A stretch of 63,975 nucleotides of DNA, the filler included, from Reticulomyxa filosa (taxonomy: Eukaryota; Protista; Foraminifera): NCBI GenBank assembly GCA_000512085.1. It is 19 parts of 19 records of this genome, joined end to end, with 100 filler letters (N's around TTAATTAATTAA, not from the genome) between each part and the next. Parts side by side here need not be neighbours in the genome. Positions count along the whole stretch, not along the records: positions 18,772 to 30,685 come from ASPP01023888.1; positions 30,786 to 31,806 come from ASPP01040963.1; positions 31,907 to 34,009 come from ASPP01001639.1; positions 34,110 to 36,311 come from ASPP01023844.1; positions 36,412 to 37,813 come from ASPP01004898.1; positions 37,914 to 42,220 come from ASPP01009246.1; 13 more parts are not named here. The stretch is one strand, 5' to 3'. The notes beneath the pieces were generated by a model, which saw only the letters and a list, made by a program, of their open reading frames with translations, was not told where the DNA came from and ran no database searches. The position numbers and the translations under genes were made by a program. Below are positions 25,116 to 38,662 of this stretch, piece by piece. The first letter of the stretch is position 1. Each line of letters starts with the position of its first letter.

Positions 25116-27651
25116 ATGTTGTATACCTTAGCAGGCGTTGTAGCTTTGTTGGGTGCCGTAAATGCGGACACCTATTTGCACATGCCAAAAGGCTCCAACG
25201 ACAGGTTGAACGAGCAGGCAGCTGCCCGAAACAACGCAAACAGGTTGTTTAACTCACAAAACAACAACCGTGGTGGATACAATGTTGGTGATTTGGACCC
25301 AGAAAATGGATTCACGGAGGGCACTTGGATGGCGACACCAACAGAAATGTATGATTTCAGGTTTTTGAACACTGCTGGGGAACTGCAAAAGCAATACGAA
25401 ATGGTATGATTGTTGTCTTCACGTTTTTAAATATTTTTATCCTGTTTTGACATATGTACACAACAATCCCATGTAAAAAAATCGACAGTTGTATTTCGAG
25501 CAAAGTCAACTCAGTGTGACTTGGACTAGTCAGGTGATTTCTCTTTTTATTTTTCGTTGTAGTTCACTTTTTTATACGTATACATTTCTTTTTTTTAAAG
25601 GTAAGTAAGACCGGTCTTGCTTGCTTTTTGCTTGTTTCATTGGAAACTTTGTATATAGCATGGTGCAGGAAATGCCAAAGAAAACAACCAATTTATATTG
25701 CAATTCATTTGTGACACGTTCCCCCGTGCGTCGTCTGCGGGCACTGATGGCAGCTATGGTCCAGGCAATACTATAACTTCTTCCAATGGCGCTATTACAA
25801 CAGTTAAGACGAAGCCAAAAAAACACTTAACGTATACTTAAAATAAAATAAAAAAACACCCGATAGCAAAAAGCGGCGGAGATGAGGCAACACGGTTTGC
25901 GTGTGGAATTGTACAATGGTGGTAACACTAACACCCCCGATGCCCCAACATTGACTTCGAGCTCGGTTACAAGCACGTATTCCAGTAACAATGCCAATGA
26001 CCGCGGCCGACGAGAATCAGAAGAATACTATGCCTTGTGTAATGCGAGATCCCGAAACAAAGGTCCTAAACAAAAAAAAAAAGAAAAGCAAACAATAAAA
26101 AACTTTTTTTTATGCATGGTTACATAGGATTGTTCACTGCGGATCAGCAATTGCAAGGAAGCACCCAAATCTACACCCGTCAAAACCCAGGAGGAACCCG
26201 TTACGGATTGGAATGCCAGGAAGAAAGGGATTACTATCCTTGGTGGAACCCATCCCCATTTCATGATATTGCGATCATCACACCTGATGTCGCTTGGTGC
26301 AATTCTTCCATTGCCCCGCAATCCCAAAATGTGGCTTTGAAGTACCAATGTGTGGTTTCCAATGTTGGTCCAAGTACTGACATTTCCACTTGGCTTCCTT
26401 CTTCAGTTAAAAAAAAAAAGTTGCAAAAAGGAGAAAAAAATGACTAACTTTTGTTATTGGAATGAATAGACTGCTGCCGCAGCAAATTTGAATGAAGCCA
26501 GTTGCACTTCCAATTCTGGATATTCGTGGAAAGGATTTTCGTGGAACGCTGATCCTCCGAAGTGTATTGATAATTTTTATGTCCGCGACAACTACCTTGG
26601 CAACATTGACGGTTCAAAGCGCGGTGGTAAGATGGCAGGCTATGATTGGGTTTTGCCGACTGTTGATGATTTGAACAACAAGCACTATTGTTATCAATAC
26701 AGCTATTCCATTAGTGCTTCCAGCGATTCTGGTGTTGATTATGGTGTGACAACTACTTGCGTGCGAATGATGTTCAGATTGCGTTATAACATTAGTACCA
26801 TGGATTATGATCCTTATAATACCGATTATCGTATGAACGAAAACAACAACCAAGGTGTGATTTCACCAATCCAACAAAACCCAACAGTAGACGTTGGTGT
26901 TTACGCACAAGGATTGCGATTGGCTATCAACACTGCCCAGACTGGTCGAACTTTCCAAGACACTTCACACACCTTTTTGGTTTGCAAAAGACCAACAGAT
27001 GCCCCATGGAAAGATACTAAAGTTTACAACGTAAACGTTCGTGGCAAGCGAGGAAACATTGTGCAAACATTCCCTGCTATTGAATACGACTTTGAGCCTC
27101 AAATTGTGTTTGTCAAACCAGGTGAATGTATGCACTTTCAATGGGAAGGTAGTAATACTCACAACAACGGAAACCCTGGCGGAGATGGACAAACTGGTGA
27201 TGCCGGTGAAGGTCGAGAAGGAAGTGACCGATCCAATTTAGTGCAAACCCGTGCTATGGACGAGAGTTATCCGTTGACTTATGACAAGCTCACCCCGACG
27301 TTCTTCGATTATGTGCAATGTTATCATCCCTTGTTCCCATCAGCAACTGTTTCATCTCAAGATTGCCAGTTAACATTAGGAAGTGCAGGATTTTACAGAA
27401 GTGTTAACGATGCCAAGTCCTTGATTGCCAGTTCGTCAACAGATACCGGAGTGTTGGACTATTTACTGAATAACGTCAGTGGAGCTTTCCGTCAAGGTAT
27501 TGTTGTGTGCATCAAATCAGATGCTCTTTCCAGTTCGTCGGACACGAAAGAGTTTAGCTTTATTTCAACCAGAAATAACAACTTCACCAATCGATCGCAA
27601 AAATTGAAAGTGGTGATTACGACAACCCCTGAAGATGGATCCCTGTGGTAA
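25116..27651 (+). CDS. Secreted DD3-3-like protein, about 6 exons
   Basis: Signal peptide, then DTYLHMPKGSNDRLNE...NANRLFNSQNNNRGGYNVG, GLFTADQ.L, TRQNPGGTRYGLECQEERDYYPWW.PSP, RLRYNIST.DY, LRLAINTAQ.GRTFQD.SH, NVRGKRGNIVQ.FPA.EYDF.P and TRNNNFTNRSQK. These are motifs I recall from the Dictyostelium DD3-3 family. Confidence 0.88.
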
Positions 27652-30006
27652 TTGCAGCAAAATAGTGACCACAGAAAAGTTTTTTTTCAAAATAGTTTTT
27701 TTTATTGGTCCTTTGGGATGACTGTGTTTGATGTTCCAAAAAATTGAGATTTTATTTTTCGTCTGCTAATTTGTGTATGCATGGAACTTATTGCCAAATA
27801 TTTTTTTTTTCTTATCTCCTGAATATGATTCTTGTGAAATTTTGTCTCCCTCTGCGACAATTGTAACCTTTTTCCAAAAAATATAATGTTTAATAAAATA
27901 TTATTAAGGTTTTCAAAACAAAGAGGGCAGTAGAAAAATGTTGTTATCTTGTCATAAAAAGATACGTAGTGATCCTCTTTCAGGATAGTGTCCGCAAAAT
28001 AAAGTACAGTTTTTAAGAAGCGGCAATGCCTTTCTAAACACGTTTTTGGAACAGAAAAGGGAGAGCTTAGTTCATTGTAGAGTAAAATTCTAATTAGTTA
28101 AAAAAAAAAGAGAATCTTGGGATCCCTTTTCTTGGCACTTTTTGGCTACTTCCGCTAGTTTCCTTCGTTGCTTTGTTCCAAAAGAATAAATTTGCTAATG
28201 TTTTTATTAATCTTAATTCGCTTCATGGTGTTATTTTCTTTTTTTGTGTACAATGTAGAAACGGGTCAAATATAAACGTTAATATCTATGTAAGACTTTG
28301 ATCAAGAAAAAACTGAGTTAACAAATATACGCAATCACGTTGCATTTTGGTATCATATCTGATGACAAAACTACAATTAACCTAAAAAAAAACAATTTTT
28401 TATGTTTGTATATACTTTATTAAAAGTCAAACATATTTTGGATTATTCGTGATGTAAAGATAAAAAAATGTTAAAATGTTAATTTTTCCTGAATAAAATT
28501 GTGTGTTTATATAATTTCATTTTATGGTGACCTTTTTTTTGTGGTTGATTTATGCAATAAAAAACAGTTTCTAGATATTTGTACTAACTGTGTGTACAGT
28601 ATGTCGCAGAAACTGAAATACCAAAATGCAACCTTATGAAAATGATCGGTTTCTATTGAAAAATGAACATTAATTTTTTAAAACATATACAAATATGAAA
28701 TCAGTTTTATAACTTTCTTTTAGGATGTAAAATTTGATATTGTTTTTAAAAATTTACAAAAATACATTAAGTCAACATATATTGCAAAATGGCTTTGAAA
28801 TTTTGTATTTCTTTTTAAAACCTTCAAATAAATTATATAATTTTTAAAAATAGCATTTTACGTCTCGTGGTAAAAAAATATCAAAGACTACTAACATCAT
28901 TTAGACCAAACTCACGAGCTGTCAATTGGGATTCTGAGACAAAGGGGGAGATGCCCTCGTTTCACCTACATGTACATGCTTAGAATGTCTAAAATCTCAA
29001 CATTGAGTACTAAAAGTGGAACTGGAGAAGTAAAACCCAGACAGCAGTCCAGAAATAAAAAAGAAAAGAAAGCATTAGTGTGGTCGCACAAGGATGCTAA
29101 CGCAACGAAGAGTACCACAAAGCTATTAACAAAAAGAACCACGTTATATATATTGTATAATCCTTTTTTGGTCTAATTTAAATTAATTTTATTAAAGTTT
29201 TCATGCCTTACGAAGACAAAAGGGGAGTAAATAAGAGATCCAGCAGGATGAAGAGATTCATATCATATCACATCTTTTTCAAATGTATTTAATTTAATAA
29301 CTACTATAAATTTAATTTTTGTTTAGTCCGAAAAAGAACTTTCTTACAAATTATCTGTAACTGTCTGCAAGTTCAATCATTACATTTTATTCAAGTTTAA
29401 ACTTTTTTTTAGTTAATGCAATTAAATATTTCAAAAAGTCAAAATTTTAAAATGACTAAGAATCTTAAAGAAAATGTATATTATTGGCTTCCTTACCAAT
29501 AAAAACTTTTCACAATTCCATTATAGATAGCTTTTTTTTCTAAATGTTTTTTGATCAAGTAAACATATAACTGTACTTTATTATAATTCAAGGATAGCTA
29601 TGTGTACACATATGTTGAAAACTTGATTTATTCGTTGTGATGGATACATTTCCAAAACATAATAGTGAATTTGAGCAGAAATGTATAGATATTGTTTTTA
29701 GCCAGTTATCATCACACTACTGAATCAAGAAAGTATCAGCTTAGGAAAAGATATGGATGTAAAAACGGTGTAATGTTGGCCAACAGTTTCCGGAAAAGGA
29801 TAAAAGTTACCACTAACGTCTTCATTGCAGTTTATTTAAGGACCTTTATTTTTGATAGTGTATACAATACTTGTTTTGTAAAATTTACAAAAGCTTTTAG
29901 ATTTCACGCTCTCTTCGCTGGCGAGTTACGACTGTTGGCACCCTTTTTTTAAAAACTTCTCTCACAATAAAAAACCGCAAGAGACAAAGAAAAAAAAAAC
30001 TAAAAA

Positions 30007-30649
30007 ATGGCACAAAAAGAGGTAAAGCGACTTTCACAATCCAATTCTTCAATGAATTTGTGTCCTCGTCAAGCTGGCTCAAAAGAGAGCGCGGTTAACG
30101 AAAACACGTGCTCCTGTGGCCAGTCCAGCGTAGCATTGACTGCCAAAAGAGAAACAAAAGAAAATGCGTCAGCAATGGAAACAAATGCTCTCTCAATCAC
30201 TTCTTCAGAGACAAGCAATGTGAATGGAGCCCAAATAAGACATGCAAAAGAAGAAAGTTTATCTATGAGCATGGATACTATAACCAGGATCTCCTTTGGT
30301 AAAATTGTTTGTACCGATTTTCCAATATTTGTGAGCAAGAAACACCAATAGCAAAAACATTAAAAAAGGCAATGCACGAACATCGGTAAATACTATAGAC
30401 GTACTAGCACAGAACCAGGGAGGCATCCATTCGGAGCTTGATATCTCACTGACAAGAAGCAACAACACGGGTGACAGCAAAATTGATGACGACATTAGTG
30501 GGGATGCACTTACAGCTGATCAAGGACAATGCAGCAATGTATCCATGAAAGAACTCATTACCGAAATGGCAAGCGATATTGGAAAAGAGATTCGAAGGCA
30601 ATCATTTTTTGCCACAAACAATTTACCACCTCCGAGTTTTGAAAATGTT

Positions 30650-30685
<36 letters not shown>
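30007..30685 (+). CDS. Hypothetical low-complexity protein, 3'-partial
   Basis: ATG at 30007 and an S/T/N-rich open frame with a probable intron near 30299-30351. No recognisable domain. Confidence 0.45.
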
Positions 30686-30785
30686 NNNNNNNNNNNNNNN
30701 NNNNNNNNNNNNNNNNNNNNNNNNNNNNNTTAATTAATTAANNNNNNNNNNNNNNNNNNNNNNNNNNNNNNNNNNNNNNNNNNNN

Positions 30786-30791
30786 TCATCC

Positions 30792-30830
<39 letters not shown>

Positions 30831-31052
30831 GATGACGGTGATGGTGAAGATCCCACTTCAACTGCGAAACTGAAAAAGTCAAACAGCGCTCCCAAGGCAC
30901 TGGATGCAAGGATCGTCAAAGATATGGAGCCAGCTCATTTGAAAAGAGAAGACGTCGCGCCATTGCCACTCGCCAAAACGGACTCTGAGAAAGCAAAAAA
31001 GAAAGAAAAAGAAAAAGAAACTGAAGTTGAAAATGCTGTTCCAATTCATAGG

Positions 31053-31091
<39 letters not shown>

Positions 31092-31767
31092 GTATATGTA
31101 TATGTATGTATATATGTGTATAATAGAAACATTTATTTCTGTTTTTCTTGTTTACATGACGTAATGGATAGATTTGGTAGCGAGTCTCAATCCAAAGTGA
31201 CAAAAGAGTCGACAATAATGACAGCAGCTACCACTGGTAAAAGCGTTGCGTCTGCTTCTGCCTCCACTTTGATGCAGCGTGCATATTGTGCAAAGATCCC
31301 ATTGGACAGTAAGCGAAGTATAACTCCAACAGAAACCAAAGCGTTTTCCCAAATTTTCAACCCTAACTTCAATTTCATTCCCAATTCCAATAATTCCAAT
31401 AATTCCAATAATTCCAATAATTTCAATAATTCCAATAATTCCAATCTTATTTCCAATTCCAATTCCGATTCCAATGTAATGACTCATCCTTATCTCCATC
31501 AAAACGTATCCTTCATACCCAATGTAAGCATCCCTGCAAGCAAGTTTGCACAGCTTCCGGATGCGTGCATAGCAAGCAAAAAACAAAAGACGGAGTCGGA
31601 TGCGAAGCCGAGAACCGCCATGGACGTGAACGCATCTGTTCCGATGCAACTGGATGCTTCCAAACTGAAAACACGCTTGGTTGATAACCCAAATGCTCCC
31701 ATCGAGGCCAATCTGTTTGCGCTCCGTTATCCCTTTTATGCGAGTGAAGAGCTGGCTATACGAAAAG

Positions 31768-31768
<1 letters not shown>
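30786..31768 (+). CDS. Hypothetical low-complexity protein fragment (poly-Ser, NNS repeats)
   Basis: Open frame interrupted by a (TA)/(TATATG) microsatellite intron at about 31052-31171. Ends at a GT donor before poly-T. Confidence 0.5.
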
Positions 31769-31806
<38 letters not shown>

Positions 31807-33907
31807 NNNNNNNNNNNNNNNNNNNNNNNNNNNNNNNNNNNNNNNNNNNNTTAATTAATTAANNNNNNNNNNNNNNNNNNNNNNNNNNNNNNNNNNNNNN
31901 NNNNNNACTGGATCAAGTTGATAAATTTGTGACAATTTGATTAGACTAATAAAAAAGATAAAATAATATTAAACTTGTGCAATCACACGTTCTTTCATCA
32001 TCTGATAGACAAAACATCAATCAAGTGTCTTACACAAGTAGAATTGCTAAGAATGAGTAAATTCAACAAGATTTTTTTTGCTGACTATTTTTTAAAAACT
32101 CGTTTTCTACTCTAGTTTTTTTTCTTTCTAGAAAAATCTACTCAGAATAAAAAAAAACTTGATGTAAATTTATTGTCTTGAATTTTTTGAAGTTTATAAA
32201 AAAAGTGGACAATAAATTATTCAAACTCAAGCTTCAATTGATGCCTTTTTTTGTGGGGAAGACAAAGGTTTGTCTACTTGTCTACTTGTCCAATAAACCT
32301 GTCTTGAATGGCGAAAATGAAAAAGTAATTTTTTTTTTTATTTTATCATGCTTTCATAATACATCAGTAAATGAAGTATGATGAATCAATTGAATTTTTT
32401 GAACACTTTTGGTATAAAATGATTATACATATTGCTTTGAGGAAAAGTTTTAACTGGCATTATATAGATTTCAATGCAGCAATGTGGTTTATAGTTATGA
32501 AAACAATTTTGATTGTAATTTCAGTTACTTGTTTTTCTTTTATTGTCTTCAGTGAAACAGTACATATTGATATTAGAATAAAGGAAATTCAATCATTTCT
32601 TTAACTAGTTTCAAAATCTTTAAAAATATCATTTTTACATGTAGTTTTACAACTTTCTTTTTAAAATTTATTGATCCAAAAAAACAAAAACAATCATTAA
32701 AAAATTTGTCATGAATGTGCTTCGCTTTGAACCTGCATTAATTCTAAGTGAATTATATTCATTTTGAATTAAAAAAAAGGATAGTTTTGATGTAATTAAC
32801 AACATATTATTCAAAATAAGAAAGCAAAGATTTTTAAAGAATTATGTTTTGAATGTATATGTTAATAAGAGTGATAAATTTTTTGTTCTTTTGCAGGTTT
32901 ACAGAATAATGGAACAATAGAAACACATTCAATTATCAATTTATTGTTTAAAAAAACTAATGTGCAATTTTTAGATATGTTAATTTTAATGTTTGACATA
33001 TAATAAAGCAATTGTATCGAATGCTATCGATTCAATGTGGGACAGTAGAAAAGTTTCCAAATAACATGACTTTGCGGAGTAGAGTTTTAATAAATCACTG
33101 AAGGTGTATTAATAACGAATAAAAAATTAAATGTGCATTGGATGTGCAAGGAAAAAATACTTCATTAAATAAGTTTAAAATTGTGATTCATATATACACT
33201 ATGCTGCTTTGAATAAAATATGTATTATAATCAAGCCAAATTATTTGTAAAAAGAACACTAACATTTTTGTGTCATTGCTACAACATAAATGTTATGTCT
33301 AAGAGATATTTGATATGTTGATATGCAAAGATCTCTTATTCTCTAATATTTAGTCACCAAGGTACAATCTGTTATCTAATGTAGTGATAACAATTCTTAT
33401 TTTAACCTTTTCCTTTTATTAGTTTATGAGAAATAGAATGTATATCTTGAAATAACAAAGTTAATAAAGAGAATACACAGAAATTGAATAAGATAATGTC
33501 TATTGAATAAATTAATTAAGGCTTTGAAAATCAATGTTAATATCGATGTAAAATGGTGGATGAAGTTATCTGTCGAAACATTTATAAATATTCTTTCAAA
33601 TTAAAACAAATTAAAAAAATAGGCCTTATTGTTGTTATGCCTTAATATTTTACAAAATGAAACACTTATTTCTCATTACAAAGTTTATATTTATTAAATA
33701 AAACAAACTCATTCAATTTTTTATTGACCCTTCGTGAGCTCAAAAAAAAAATAAATTGAAAAACATCTTTTTCATCTTTGCATCATCAAAGATCAGCTCA
33801 AGGAAAAAAAAAAATAGAAAGAAGATACTTTAGCGTAGCAATGAAAGTTTCGTTTAAGTTGTTTTTCTTTTTATTATTTTTCTCATTTTGCTTTATGATT
33901 AAAACAG

Positions 33908-34009
33908 TCAAAAGAAGAAGAGATCCAAATCATTATTCATTATTGGATTCGAACATTCGACATTCAATTAGGGTGGATCAAAGATTTTGATAAACTCGTT
34001 GTCAATTAT
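33908..34009 (+). CDS. Exon encoding the recurrent 'WIR...LGWIxDFDKLV.xY' motif, cut by gap
   Basis: AG acceptor at 33906-33907, then SKEEEIQIIIHYWIRTFDIQLGWIKDFDKLVVNY. The same motif precedes WD40 repeats at 55065 and 57596. Confidence 0.75.
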
Positions 34010-34123
34010 NNNNNNNNNNNNNNNNNNNNNNNNNNNNNNNNNNNNNNNNNNNNTTAATTAATTAANNNNNNNNNNNNNNNNNNNNNNNNNNNNNNNNNNN
34101 NNNNNNNNNAAAAAAATGATAAA

Positions 34124-35074
34124 ACTTTAAAGTTAAGCAAATGCTGTTGTTTCAAATGGATATTGGTTTGTGGGACGCTCAATTCTTTGAACTGTCGTAA
34201 TAAAAACTCTCGCAACCGCGTTACGGCCTATGTCATATGCGCAATGGTGATATAGTTTTTTTAAAAAATTTATTAAATTAAAAAAGGGGGGAAAAAAAGT
34301 TTTGAAAACACAAACGCACTCGCTGTTTCAGTATTTCCAAGTCAGGTGCGATGTCTCGCGCGGCACACCAGTTGTGATCCATACTGGAATGTGTTTCCAA
34401 TTTGCCGTTGAGTTCGGTCAAAGGTTCGATGTATGCTTTTCCAACTCGTCCACTTGTTATCTGACTTTTTTTTAAAAAAAAAAAGGGGAGAGAAATTTAG
34501 AATTTAAAAAAAAAAAATATCCAAACTCAATAAATTCTTGTCGCAATTCCAAACTTCGAATGTACTTTTCCAACTGCTTTTCGGTGTCTTTTTTATTGTT
34601 GAGTTGGACATTCATGGACATGGACTTGTCTTGCAAGTGCCGTATATCGCCGGAAATACTTTTCAAATGGGCTTGAAAGCGACTTAACATGGTCTGCATT
34701 TCCTCCAATAAATGGTCGCAGTTTTTGATTTGATCGTGCAAGTCGACCAAGTCTTGGCTGTGCGTGATGTAGTCTTCGATACTTGACATCTCTTGACGTG
34801 ATATGTCTTGCTCGATTTTCTTCCCGTATTTGCCCAGGTTCACGTTCTTTTCGAGTGCGTCTCTTACCACTTGGTTGTCTTGGAATTGTCGCAACAGTCC
34901 GTCCACGTCCGTCAAGTCCACGCTTTCTGTCGTTATGTCCAAGTCCTCAAAGTTCAGCTCTTTCAGGATCTCGTTGAAGTCGATCTTTATGTCCTCCTCC
35001 CCTCCTGCAACTTCCAGCATCTTATCTGTTGTCAATTCGGGTTTAGCCTCTTTTTCTTGGCCATCTCCTGACAT
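34124..35074 (-). CDS. VPS52: Vacuolar protein sorting 52 (GARP/EARP subunit), 3'-partial
   Basis: VV..AL...V.L..Y...IE..I...E..SIEDYI..S..L..LHDQI..CD.LLE.M..ML..FQ..L.SIS.DI..LQ.KS.SMNVQL.N matches the conserved Vps52 N-terminus. Downstream exons at about 34321-34461 and 34124-34228. Confidence 0.88.
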
Positions 35075-36411
35075 TATTTTATTTTTACAATGTGATTAGC
35101 CTAATTTTTCTATTATTTTTTTTTGCTTAATTTGAAAAATTATCTTTTTCTATGAACACCAAGGGGGTTATCTTGCCAAACTTTAAACGAATATTCGTGT
35201 TTTCATTCATAGTTCTTATAACATATACTGTAAAATATAATAATTCAATGTTCTATTTTACAGTTGAATACAAAAAAAAGTTAATACATAAAACGGCATC
35301 TTATGAAGATAATCTGTTTTCTACATGAACAACATTTTATCACTTTTTTTTTAAAAAAAGTCTACAAATCATGTTGTTTTTAAAATGGAATAAAAATCTA
35401 TCAAAGCTTACGTGATTCGTAAAATTTTTTTAAAATAAAAATTTTCATTAAGTAGTGTTTTTTCCACAGAGAAAATTAATTTCTTTTAAGGTGACATTTT
35501 ATGTGTTAATTTTTTTGCATTTTATTATAGTTTAAAAATACATCACTTTCAATAGCTGAAATGAAATCAGTATCAAATAAATAATTATAATTAAAATGTA
35601 TTTTCAGATTCTTCATGACTCATAGATATTATTTTTTCAGTTAACATCTTTCTCAGATGTTTACTGTGTAATCAAAGCTTTTTTGGATTTTTTTATTTGT
35701 TGAAAAGAAGAACATTGACAATTCTCAACAAGCCCATTATTCATAAGAACTTTCAAAATGAGAAAATAACAAACACATCAATCATCACCATGTTCCAGTT
35801 GTATGACAGAAGAAACTATTAGGAGAAATAGCTATTGCTGTTATATCAATGTGTCTATCGAATATCTTTATTTTATATCCTGATTTCATATCCCACAATA
35901 GAAGTAAACCATCAAATCCAATCAAAATTGTTTGACAATTTGGAAAATATTGCCAATTTCTTACAGTACGTTTGTCATATCATTTTTGCATATTTTTTGA
36001 TTCTACGCCCTATATTGTAATCGTACTATAGAATGAATAAGCAAGAAATCTACCATATGGAGATAATTTTGTTTTTAAGGCATTATCAATGTCTATTTCT
36101 TTCACTTTTTAACACAATTTCATAGCACATAAACTAATTGTTCTGGTTAATAATATAGCTATTTGCCTATTTGGTGAATATTTCTCATCAAATACATTAT
36201 CATTATTTTTTCTTCTAGTCTTTGAATTTATTTTCCAGAATATGATATTTCAAATACAGTAGGTTGCAAAGAAAACTGAACGCCTAAAACATATCTTATG
36301 ATGATAATTGANNNNNNNNNNNNNNNNNNNNNNNNNNNNNNNNNNNNNNNNNNNNTTAATTAATTAANNNNNNNNNNNNNNNNNNNNNNNNNNNNNNNNN
36401 NNNNNNNNNNN

Positions 36412-36448
<37 letters not shown>

Positions 36449-36450
<2 letters not shown>

Positions 36451-36955
36451 AACGTATCCAATGTATCAAAATCACAACCAAAGAATTGGATAAACAAATG
36501 TATAGGCAAATTCGGCTCAACAACACCAATGGAGAAATGTGTAGTTGTCCCAGTGATATCCAATATGGCTTGAACGCGGCCACATTGGACTTGTACACCA
36601 AGTTCGTGTTCAGAGCTGATGTCCAAAAGTACAACAATGTCAGCCATAATATCCAATGTGTGTAGTAAACAAAGTACCACGACACACTCGACTTTTCACT
36701 TTTTACTGCAAATACTATGGAGTTCACGCACACACAACTCGCTACGAATGCTGAGAACATTCGTACTGCTATCCATCGTTTGTTTGGTAAGATTCGTTCA
36801 TACAACAATGTTCCTGACACTTGTATAAACATTGGCAAGTTGCACCCACCAGAATCAAGCTCTAGATCGCAATTCAAACCACAAGGCATTGCTTTGCTAT
36901 TAACGCACCCCTTTCGCCGAGGGTTTAATAATTTTTTTCGTAAAAAAAAGTTCAC
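36449..36955 (-). CDS. Multi-pass membrane protein, rolling-stone / FAR-17a-like, partial
   Basis: Hydrophobic helices with 'WYFVYYTHWILWLTLLYF'. The start exon is unresolved. Confidence 0.5.
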
Positions 36956-37193
36956 TGGTCACAACACTTTCCCGAAACTTTTTATGCTAATTGCTGGGTA
37001 CGTTTACATGCTATTGTATGTAAATGTGCATGAACGCCGCATCATACCAATACAAATAAAGATAGTAGACTGAGCCTTCTGTCAATTTGACATAGTCTCG
37101 CTGTACTGAACACAAAGATTGTTCTTCAAGTTCAACGTTTCGAAAAGAAAAAAAAGGGGACGATGTATTTAAAAAAAAAATCAACAAAAAGAA

Positions 37194-37795
37194 ATGCTTT
37201 CAAATAGCTTTCGGATAGTTCGCATTCCACAACTACGTTCCTTAGAAGTTTTGAGAGCGTTAGCATTGGACACGAATATTACCGGAAAGGCGAATGCGAC
37301 CATGTTGCACTCGTTTTCGCTGTACAGCAAAAGCAGCGACAAAGAGTTTTGTCGATTGGTTTTGCCCATGAATTATCCACGAGCGAACCCGCAAATGTCA
37401 TTGCAAGAATACGTTTCTCTGGTCGAAAAGAGCGACCGTAGTCCATACATGTTATTTCTGTTAGGAAAGGGTGGGTCGTTTTTGGGTTATTACAACGATA
37501 ACGACGTGAACGTTGTAGTGAAGGATGGCGAAAAAAAGGAGTCCCTCAAACAGTTGGAGTTTCCAAACTGTAAAAAATTTTTGGAGGTGGAGCAATCGCC
37601 GCCCAAGTTTGGGCAAAAAAAAGTTATTTCAAAAACAAAGACAAAATCACAACCGCAGTCAAAGTTTCGTCAACAAGACTCCATGAATTCTTACTATAAT
37701 CATTTGGGCCACAAAATTAGAAAGTTTGTCCACTCTAAGCCTTATGTACCTATTGAGAACCCTCAATTGAATATTGGGTTTGTTGCCTCAAAGCG
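37194..37795 (+). CDS. Candidate VLRF1 (Bacteroidetes-type Vms1-like release factor) protein, 3'-partial
   Basis: RLVLP...YMLFLL..G...LGYY...GQKKVISKTKTKSQPQSKFRQ....YY..L...I resembles my recollection of bVLRF1 (YLILLI..G.A..G.F...QGKSQIKYLKTKGKSRAGSR.RL...FF..I..RL). The N-terminus is R/S/L-rich. Confidence 0.5.
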
Positions 37796-38019
37796 AGTTA
37801 TTTTTTTTTTTTTNNNNNNNNNNNNNNNNNNNNNNNNNNNNNNNNNNNNNNNNNNNNTTAATTAATTAANNNNNNNNNNNNNNNNNNNNNNNNNNNNNNN
37901 NNNNNNNNNNNNNTTCGCTCGCAACCTGCTTTGTGCAAATTGCTGGGATTGGACAAAGAAAAGGATCGAGATAAACACAAAGAAAAAAAAAACACAATGA
38001 CATAGATGTTCTACCCAAA

Positions 38020-38662
38020 ATGCCTTTGTCCACTTCTTATTTGTGTCCTGCCCCTGGCTGCAATCGAGTCTATAAAAATCATTCCTCCTTGGTTTTGCAT
38101 TATCGTATTCACACCGAATGGGCGTTCATTTGTGAATTTTGTAACAAAAAATTTGCCAGGAGGTGCAATTTGACCGAACATCAAAGAATTCATACTGGTT
38201 TGTACTTTTTGTTTATTTATTTATTTTTTTCGGAAGGGAAAAAAAAAAAGAGGACATGTAATAAAAAAAATGGTTAATTTGTTTGTCTATTAATCCAAAA
38301 TTGCGAAAGGGGAAAAACCTTTTGCTTGCGAATATTGCGCCAAGGCGTTTGCTCAACGACACTCGTTTTGAATTTTTTGCCACACTTCTTTTATTTTGTG
38401 AGTAAGGGAAACCGTATATCTTTGGAAAAAAAAAAAGGGGGGAGAGGGTGTAGATGGCAGGTGCAATTCATCAAAAAAAAATTGTTTTCTTATTTGTATA
38501 TGTTAAAGATTGAAAGAGCATTTGAGAATTCATTCTGGTGAAAAGCCATTTGAATGTGATGTTTGCAAGCGACGGTTTACATGCAAACACAATTTAAAAA
38601 GCCATCGCTACCGGCATATTCGAGAGAAAGAGAAAAAACAACATGCAATGATCTCAAAATAA
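38020..38662 (+). CDS. C2H2 zinc-finger protein, 4 fingers, 3 exons (possibly 5'-partial)
   Basis: CPAPGC..H...H, CEFC..H...HTG|[10 protein letters not shown]...[13 protein letters not shown]...H, with Kruppel-type TGEKP linkers. Stop at 38660-38662. Confidence 0.9.

Noticed and set aside
30007-31806. One gene spanning the spacer at 30686-30785
   Set aside because: Same strand and similar composition, but other spacers join unrelated contigs, so linkage is unsupported.
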